In this document: one piece after another, positions 1-9,600 of the stretch | How positions within the stretch are numbered: position 1 is the first letter of the stretch | How the letters are laid out: each line of letters begins with the position of its first letter | Source: a virus | Lineage: Duplodnaviria; Caudoviricetes | DNA: 24,696 nt | Strand: one strand, 5' to 3' | Virus record (IMG/VR): IMGVR_UViG_3300017911_002232 | Location: 1-24,696 of that record | Translations under genes and position numbers: made by a program | Notes under the pieces: generated by a model | Database searches by the model: none | What the model saw: the letters and a program-made list of their open reading frames with translations, nothing else | Told to the model about the DNA's origin: nothing

Positions 1-636
1 AATGTTACAGTAAGCCACGATGATACATCTTCAGTTGCAAACATTGGCCTTACTGGTGGTAATGTTCTTACAGGTCTTACCTTCGATACATTTGGCCACG
101 TTACTGCAAGAAGCTCAACAAACTTAGATGGTCGTTATTATACTGAAACTGAGCTTGACAACGGTCAATTAGATAACCGTTATTATACTGAATCAGAGCT
201 TGATGCGGGCCAACTTGACAATCGTTATTACACAGAAACTGAAGCTGACGCTAAGTTTGTAGATGTAACTGGCGATACAATGTCTGGCGAGCTAACTGTT
301 AATGCAGATATTAACATGTCAGCATCTAAGATGATTTCAAAAGAAACATCTGCCTCAAATAACTTCCCTCTTACTATCTTATCATTTGCTAAAGCTGATT
401 ATGGAAGTGCTGAAGTTGTAATTACCGCAAAGGATGGAGTAAACCGACACGTAACTAAGTTGCTTGTATGCCACGACGGTACAACCGCAATTGCAACAGA
501 GTTTGGAGTAATTTATACAAGCACAGAATTAGCTGAATATGAAGTAAGCATTTCTGGGACAAACTGTGTAGTAAGTGCTACATCGAGCTCAGGCTCAACA
601 AACTACAAAATCGTAGCCACATTACTCAACGATTAA
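1..636 (+). CDS. Virion structural / tail-fibre-like protein, 5'-truncated by the window edge
   Basis: Frame 1 is open from base 1 (NVTVSHDDTSS...LDGRYYTETELD...) through the listed 280..636 ORF, so ATG280 is internal. The C-terminal beta-rich domain (SFAKADYGSAEVVI...HDGTTAIATEFG) resembles ends of structural proteins of aquatic T4-like phages (recalled, not searched). Confidence 0.75.
   Translation, partial: NVTVSHDDTSSVANIGLTGGNVLTGLTFDTFGHVTARSSTNLDGRYYTETELDNGQLDNRYYTESELDAGQLDNRYYTETEADAKFVDVTGDTMSGELTVNADINMSASKMISKETSASNNFPLTILSFAKADYGSAEVVITAKDGVNRHVTKLLVCHDGTTAIATEFGVIYTSTELAEYEVSISGTNCVVSATSSSGSTNYKIVATLLND
124..249 (+). repeat. Three tandem 45-nt (15-aa) coding repeats LD[GN]RYYTE[TS]E[LA]D
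   Basis: Units begin at 124, 169 and 214 (ttagatggtcgttattatactgaa / ttagataaccgttattatactgaa / cttgacaatcgttattacacagaa); the third unit is partial. Confidence 0.95.
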
Positions 637-637
637 T

Positions 638-645
638 TATAAATA
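638..645 (+). promoter_or_regulatory. T4-type late promoter (gp55 sigma) TATAAATA
   Basis: Exact TATAAATA in the intergenic gap just upstream of the giant fibre gene. Confidence 0.85.
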
Positions 646-689
646 TATCAAAATAAAGAAATTATGCCAAACTGGGGAGAGTGAACCGA

Positions 690-3600
690 ATGGCGAACAA
701 TAAAAAGTTCATAGTCAAGAACGGCCTCTTGACATCCGAAAACGTAGTTATTGGTGATACACTCGATAGATCTACGGGCCGCCTTCAAGTAAGACACGAT
801 TCAGGAAGTGATGCTGCAAGATTTGACGGCAGAGTTGTTTTTGATCATGATACGATTTCCCAGGCTGCAATAGATGTTACGAACGATGGCGGAACAAATG
901 CCATCATTGCAAGTTTTAATGGCTCTTCAGGCGGTGATCTAAGACTTACAAGCATCGGCGCTGGCGACTACTTCTTATTTCAGTCAAATCAAAATAACGG
1001 TATTAAATTCTTTGATGGCAATGATGGCCTTCAGTTTCTTTACAGCAACTCTGTAAAATTTGAAATTGATTCTGGCGGAGCTGATTTTAAAATTGGTCCA
1101 ACTGTTAACGGCGAAGATATTTGGTACGAAGGTAACGACGGCTCAGGTTCAGGCCTTGATGCTGACTTACTTGACGGTTTAGATTCTTTACAGTTCCTTC
1201 GTTCAGACGAAGATGATACAATGAACGGAAGCCTGACGATTACAGGCGATCTTACTGTAAATGGTAATACCACTTATGTAAACACCGAACAATTACTAGT
1301 TTCTGACAATATCTTTACTCTCAATGCTGACTATACATCAGGCGCTCCAACAGAAAATGCTGGTATGGAAATTCGCCGCGGTGACGAAGCAAACTCATCT
1401 ATTATTTGGGATGAAACAAATGATTGGTGGAAACTGATTTCAGCAGATACCGACCTTGGCCGCATTATTACAACAGCAGACGAAGGTTCGGGTAATGGAT
1501 TTGATGCTGACACGGTCGACGGTTTAGAAGCTTCTCAATTTTTACGTTCAGATGCTGATGACATTGCAACTGGTGATATTACATTTGATGGCGATATCAT
1601 TATTGACCAACAAATTATTCACAAAGGCGATACTAATACATATTTAGATTTCAATGCTGCTGATAGTTTCCAAGTTGTAACAGGCGGCACAGCAAGGTTA
1701 ACTGTTGCAAACGCATCGGTTACTTCAGCCGTTAATTTAATTGCACCAAGATTATTAGACTCTTCTGACAACAGCTATCTTGTCGATCCAGCAGGTACTT
1801 CTGTCGTAAACAATATTGATTTAGAAGGTCAGATACGTCATAACGGTGATACAGACACATATATCAACTTTGCTGCAGATATATTAGACGTTTACACCGG
1901 CGGGTCGCAAAGATTGCGTGTAAACAATACAAACGCAACATTCTATTACGATGTTCAAGCTGATAGATTTGTAGATCGTCAAAATTCTGCTTATTATGCT
2001 AATCCGGCTTTATCTTCAGTATTCAATACTCTAGGCTTAGATAGTACGTTATTCCATAATGGCGATGAAAACACGAGGCTTGCATTTAACCCTGGCGAAA
2101 TTAATTTTTATACAAGCTCAGCTGGCGGAGAAAGATTATCTATTGAAGACACGGCTGCTCGTTTTTCAGTAAATGTATATGCACCAGTTTATTATGATTC
2201 TAATAATAACACGTATTATGGAGATTTTAATAGCACTTCAGTAATGAACAGTATTAACATTGATGATTACATTCGTCACAATGGTAATACAACTACTTAT
2301 TTTGGTTTCCCCTCTCTAAGTAATACATTTAGAATTTATACAAATAACATTCAGCGTTTTAATATTGATAACGATTCGGCTGATTTTGCTGTAAACGTTT
2401 ACGCACCAAGATATTACGATTCTAATAACACAAATTATTATGCAGACCCAGCTGGTGATTCTCAAATGAACACCATTGATATTGACGACTATATTCGTCA
2501 TCGCGGCGATCTAAATACTTACTTTGGTTTTCATACAAACGATGGAATCCGCTTTTATACAGGTGGAGGTAATAGACTTACCATTGACACAGACTCTGCT
2601 GATTTTAATGTAAATGTGTACGCGCCTCGTTACTATGATTCAAATAATGGTTCTTATTATTTAGATCCAGCCGGAACATCTATTTTAAATGATATTAATA
2701 TTGATGATTATATTCGCCACAACGGTGATACAAATACTTACATTGGCTTTGCAGGAAACGATCAATTTGGTATTTGGACTGGTGGAACACAACGTGTAAT
2801 TGTAAACTCATCTGGTAACGTTGGTATTGGTACAACCTCTCCTAGCAGATTGCAATATGGTTCAGTAGATCCAAGATTGCACGTTTCAGGTGTTGACACA
2901 AATGGTTCTTATAACCTGGTTGCTCGATTTGAAGCAGGAAACGATGCTGATAATACAGGCGCGGCAGTACTAATTAACCATTCTAATGATCGTGGTTTAT
3001 TAATTGAAGCAGGGCGTCAGTCAAGCGATCGTGGTGTAGCATATTTTGGCGTAGTTCAAAGTAATGGTACAAATAATCGCGTACTTTCAATGCTACAAGA
3101 TGGCACTGCGACGAGAGCTGGTATTCATAAAGATTCGCCAACAGCTGCACTATCTATCCAAACATCTGGAACTATGGGCAACAACCCATTTGCATCATCT
3201 AATCTTCTTATGGATTTTGGTGATGCTGGAACAGTTGACTTTTCTATTCGCGGAACAGCATCAGCAAGAGAAGCATGGTTTGTATCTGATGCAGACTCTG
3301 ACTTTGTATTCTCAGACTCAGGTGCATCTGTTGCGCTAGGTATTAAAACAGGAACAGGTGAAGTAGTTGTTGGAGACCAATCTCCAACTTATGCAAGTTC
3401 AGATGCTACTCCTGTTGTTGGCAGTATTACCAGCAATAAACTACACGTAAATGGTTCTATCCAACTTAACGGAAACAATGACGCGATCGTGTTTGGTCGT
3501 GGAACTTCATCATTCCTAAAAGACGAAGAACTTGGTTTTGGATGGGGTGGCGGTTTATACATGACCGATGCCACTTACTTGCGCATTCGTGGTAACAAGG

Positions 3601-6600
3601 CCGTTTACTCAACAGGTGATTATTACGGTGGCAGATTCTATGCACAAGCTTCAACCGGCTACTATTTAGATCCTGATAGCACATCTGTACTTAATCGCAT
3701 TGGTATTAACGATCGCATTTTCCACAACGGTGACACTGATACTTACATGGAATTTGATGCGGCTAATAACTTCCGTATCGTAACAGGTAATTCCGAAAGA
3801 TTAGATATTAATAATACGAGAGTTTTGGCAAATAACCAAATGCACTCTCCTATTTTCTATGATAGCAATAACACTGCATATTATGGCGACTTTAATAACA
3901 CATCCCAAATGTCTCGTATCGACATTGATGACTATATCCGCCATAGAGGTGACACAAATACTTACATCGGCTTTGATGCAAATGACAAGTTCAGAGTTGT
4001 AGCAGCCGGCACAGAAAGATTAGCCGTAAGAGCTAGCGATGTTCGAGTACGTAATAAACTTTATGTTTATGGCGCTCAAGCAGATACTGCCGATGCTGCA
4101 TTATTCCAAAGTAATGCAAATGGTGATGGCGTTTCAATTAAAATGTCAGATCAAAACAGTGGTGAAAATGTTGCGCCTACACAGTCTGGTGACATTCAGT
4201 TTTATCATGTAGATAATGCAATATCATCAGGCGCTAACGCGGCCTTTAGATTTAGAACATCAGAGCCAATTTCTCATTTTGTGTTTGCATCTAATGCTTC
4301 TGTTGGCGCATCAACTGCTGCGGCATATCCTGCAATTGTTCCTGATGTAAATAACGTTGGTTATCTTGGTTTAAGTAACAGGCGTTGGCAAAACATCTAC
4401 GGTGGCGCCGGTAACTTCAGCGGAAACCTAACAGCCGCTAATATGTATGCCAACGTTTACTATGATGCAAATAATAACTCATACTACGGTGACTTTGCTT
4501 CAACCTCGATTATGAACACGGTTCGTGTAAATCGTTTGCAAATTGATGGTTCAACATACTTTATTGATTCCTCATCTTCAACTTACGGCTCGATCCGAGT
4601 TGAAGGGCAGAAGAGTGGATGGGCAGGCTACGCAATCTATGATGATTGGGTGTTCATGTCGAGTGGAGCGTCCCGTGCTGGTATCTATAATGATACTCGT
4701 AATGAATGGTCAATGCAAGCAGCTGACAATAGCTGGACGAGATTATATGCTAACGGCGCGCATCAGATTTCTGCTGAAAATGGCTATGGCTATGCGCCTA
4801 ACCAAATGCGTTCTCCAATTTACTATGATAGCAATAACACAAGTTATTTCTTAAATCCAGCTGCAGGTAATACTAACCGTGCATTAAGAATCAATGGCCG
4901 AATTTATCGTGATGGATTTGCTTCAGGAAATGGCGACAATAACAAGTTATTAGAAACACAAGATTACACGCATTGGATTTGGAATACTGCTACTAACTGG
5001 GGTATTTTCTGGGCAGGAAACGACAACGCTGCTTATCGACATTTTAGTTCAACCAATCCAAACGAACTTGTATTCGTAGGAAGCGGAAACGTTCGAGCTT
5101 CTATCGATCTTGATAATGGTAATGCATACTTTGGCGGTGAAGTTAGTGCTGACAATTTTGTAATTGACGGCGGCAACGAAAACATTACACTCAACAAAGC
5201 TTACAGCCGTGGTGCTGCTGACGAAACTATTTTCGACGGCACATCGTATTTTGAGAAACGCGTAACAAGAGCACTACAAGGAAACGAAAGTGGCGTTACA
5301 ACAAATACTTCAGAATACGTTAAGTCAAGTAATGCTCCAGGTGGCTCATCATACATATTAAGAACAAGCGGCTATCGTACATTCTATTCAGATTATATTG
5401 AAGTTGAGCCGGGCGAAGAACTATTTGGTGAAATTCATGCTCGTTATGTTTCAGGATCGGGCGGTGTTCTTTATTATGGTATTGAACGCTTTGATAAAGA
5501 TAAGCGACCAATTGCAGGAAACACGGGCACGACATATTTCGTTGCAAGTAACGTAAACGTATCTAGCACTAGTTGGACAACTTATCGCGGTCACACAACA
5601 ATTCCAACAAGTCATACTGTTTACAACGGTTCAGATGGTGGTGGCGTAAGATACGTTCGTTTACGTATTCTTTATAACTACGCCAGCGGTGGAGCTCTTC
5701 GTGAGTTCACAATGCCGATTCTTAAGCGTGTTAATTATCATAGCCGCATTCGTACTGATTATGAAGTTTATGCATCTCGTTACTATGATGTAAATAACAC
5801 AGCTTATTATGTAGATCCGGCATCAACTTCTAAAATGGCAACTGTTGATGCAAATATTTTCCGCGATCGCAATAACACAGCACGTTACGTAGATCCAGCC
5901 TCAGGCGCAAGCGTTTCTGGTACTTGGAACTATAACAACAGTACTATTGACAACGTCAACAATTTGGTGTTTAACGACCCAGGCCCATCGGAAGGTTTAC
6001 GCTGGGATGGCGGCAACCGTTGGCAAATTTATGAGTCTCCAGATAACCTAAGCACAGACGCAGCTGGTAACTTACAGTTTACTTCTGGTAACGGCAACGG
6101 TACAATGCGCTTTAGAGTTTCTTCTAATGGTGACATTCGTGCAGGGCGTTATGTATATGGTTCGCGTTTTGTAGATACAAATGATGGCAACAGATACTTA
6201 GATCCAAATGGCTCATCGTTCTTAGGCACGGTAACTCTCGATCGTTTGAATATGCGCGATCGTGGTGACTTCATTACATTCTATGGAGACGATAGTACAA
6301 ACCACTCAATTACTTCTCGTAATACAGCTGGTGGTACTTCTGACGATCTTCGTTTTAACTCATATAACAATTTCCTCTTTAACGCCGACTCAAATAATAA
6401 CAACGGCAACGGCTCTGGTATTTACTTAGGCCAGCACGGAGGAAGTTCAAGCGCAATTCTAAATACATGGGCGTTCCAAGCTCGTAACGATGGTGTTACT
6501 CAAGCTTCGGCATCTTTACGAGCACCAATTTTCTATGATTCTAACGATACAGGTTATTATGTAAATCCTAACGGTACTTCTCGTATGGAGAAAATCCGTT

Positions 6601-9600
6601 TTGAAGGTAGTGATGAAGCTATTGAGATAAATGGCACAAATCCATATATTCGTTGGATGGAAAGTGGTACAGACCGTTTCTATATTCAATGGCGTGGTGC
6701 TGAAAATGCACCATTGTTCCGCAACCAGCAAGGTGACAACTTTGACTTTATGCCAGATGCAACCACTGGCGCAGTGGCACTCAGACTTATGGGTTCGGAT
6801 AACGATATCTGGGGATATGTATATGCTGCAGACGACCAAGACATCGGTTTCTTGGATGACCAAGGTAACTGGGCAATCCGTCACAATCGCGATAGCTGGA
6901 CTTACTTTTACATTAACAACAGTCTACGCGCATATGTTGATACTGGATCATTCCAACACGTAACCTCAATTCGTACTCCGATCTACTATGATCGCAATAA
7001 CACTGCTTATTATGGTGATTTTGCATCTAACTCTCGTATGAACCAAGTCACGCTGAACACACTTTCTTGGAACGATGGTTACGACATGTACGATACGGAC
7101 GGGGATACAATTTATCTTCGTTCAAATAATAATGACCACGGCGAACTGATCTTTGCAGATTCTGACTCATATGCTTGTGGACGTATTTACTGGGATGATG
7201 ATAACCACTGGGGCTTCAGAACTGGCCAAGAAAATGAATGGTCAATTTATATGGAGCGAAATGCTCGTACCATTCTTTACTACAACGGTGGCCAACAGGC
7301 TCGTACACAGAATGGTTACTTCGAAGCAAACAACCAGTTGCGCACGCCGATCTTCTACGATTCAAATGATACCGGCTTCTACGCTAACCCGAACGGATCT
7401 TCAAGATTCCGCGATCTACAAGTACTTGGTGTCATTAACACGCCAGGAGTTACAGGTTATGCAAATAGATTGCTACGTAGAGATAATAGAACAATCTCTC
7501 CATCAGAAGATCCAGCAGGTCAGTTAACATTTGGTTTCACATCGTGGAACAATAACAATACATCACCTTATGCCGATTACTTACACCTAAGATCTTACAC
7601 AGATGCAACTGGTGGTTCTGATAACTTATTGATGTTCAGAAAATCGGGCCGTGGCATGAGACTATGGCAACAAACTTGGGGTAGTGGAACAGCTTACTCT
7701 TCTTACTCTGAGTTCGTACTTTATAATGCAAACCCAGGTAGTGGTAATAATCTGTATGCATCTATTTTCTATGATGCTGATAATACAGGTTATCGTGGTG
7801 ACTTTAACGGCACCTCGAGAATGAACCGAATTGATGTTAACGAAATTCGTTACGTTAGTGGAGCACCTGCTTACTTCTATACAAGCTCAGGTAACTTGCG
7901 CGGTTATATTCGTGCAACTGAATCTAACGATAGCCACTTTGAATTTGCAACATCAGGCAATGAAGATATGATCTTCCGTGATGGCGGATTCGGTGGATCT
8001 TGGAACCAAATTATTCGTGGTAATGGTCACGTATTAACGGCAAACAGACACGACTCACCTATTTACTATGATCGTAACAATACTTTCTATTATGGTGACT
8101 TTGCAAGTACAAACAGATTTAATGCAACAGATAACTATGGACTTGTAAGATTCTTTAGAAGAGGAAATGATACTGGTGGTTCTTGGAGTTATGCACCAAG
8201 CGGTTCTCGTGTACGTGAATATCTGCAAAACACAACTGCAGAATTCCACTCAGGTAATGACCAACCAATTACATTGTACTTCCGTTCGGGTGTTAACGCA
8301 CCTTCTGACTTCGGTTACATCACATTTGACCCAGACTATAATAACTCTGGCGAACAAGCCGCGATGGTCATCGGTGTTGAGAACGATGGTACAGGTTCTT
8401 CTGACTATATTCGTTTACAAGGTCGTACATGGATAGACTCTGACGCAATTTCTTCAGATAACACAGAAATTGCTCGTTGGTTGTATCGCGGATCAACTTA
8501 CGGTATCTTAAATACTGACTACTTTACTCATACATCAGATATTCGTACGCCAATCTTCTATGATAGCAATAACACAAGCTATTATGCTGATATTGCTTCA
8601 ACGTCGAGATTTAACAACCTTCGTGCAAACTACTTTACAAACGACGGCTCTGTATCTTCAAACGACAACTTTGGTCTATATTGGGATTCAGGTAGATCTA
8701 CGGCATACGCAATTTATCGTGAAGCAGGTAGCTGGGTATATCGTTATCCAGACTTGAGAATTGCATTCCACACTGGTATTAAGTTTGGTGCAAACTCGGG
8801 TTACAATGGTATGCGTTTCTACGACGACTATACCATGAGCTATTTGGTTATGTCAGTCAACGATGACCAAACATCTGGTAATCGTAACGTATATGTAAGA
8901 AATAGACTTGATGCTGCAGGTCAATTCCGTACTCCAATTATTTACGATAGAAATAATACAGGTTACTACTGGAATGGTGATGGCACATCTCGTATGTACC
9001 AAATCCGCGTTCCATATCGTATTCACATTGGTGACGAATCAAACCTTTATAACGCAGTACTTCAAGAAACTCGTCGCCCAGAAGTTACAATTAAAGGACA
9101 GTACCCTCAGTTGAACATCATGTCTTCTGAGATTAACAACGGTACTCACGGTCCTACAGTACGCTGGGTTGCATACGATACTGCAAATGCTTCATCTGGT
9201 AACTTTAAACACTGGGTTGCTGGTATTGCCGGTACAAACGCTACAAGATTCAGCATTGGTTATTCACCTAACAACACAAACCCACACTACGGTATTGGTC
9301 GTTGGTCTTCAGGCAATAACAATGCTATTATGTGGATTGAAACCAACCGTCACGTTTACTTTGAAAACTTTGTATACGCTACAAGATTTTATGATCGTAA
9401 CAATACCGGTTACTACGTAGATCCTTCAGATTTCTCTAACTTGAATACTGGTGTTCGTGCCAACGAATTCTATGCTCGTAACTGGTTCCGCAATGACCAA
9501 TCAGGCGAAGGACTATATAACCAGTCAACGGGTCAACACTGGTATTCAGATAATGATGATTACTGGAACGTAGCTGGCGGTGGTGGTGCAAACGGCATAC

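Noticed and set aside
280-636. A standalone 118-aa gene starting at ATG280
   Set aside because: The reading frame is open from base 1 and there is no clear RBS before 280, so this is the tail of a longer gene.
124-2810. CRISPR-like array suggested by periodic repeats
   Set aside because: The repeats are degenerate at third codon positions, have periods that are multiples of three and lie within coding sequence.
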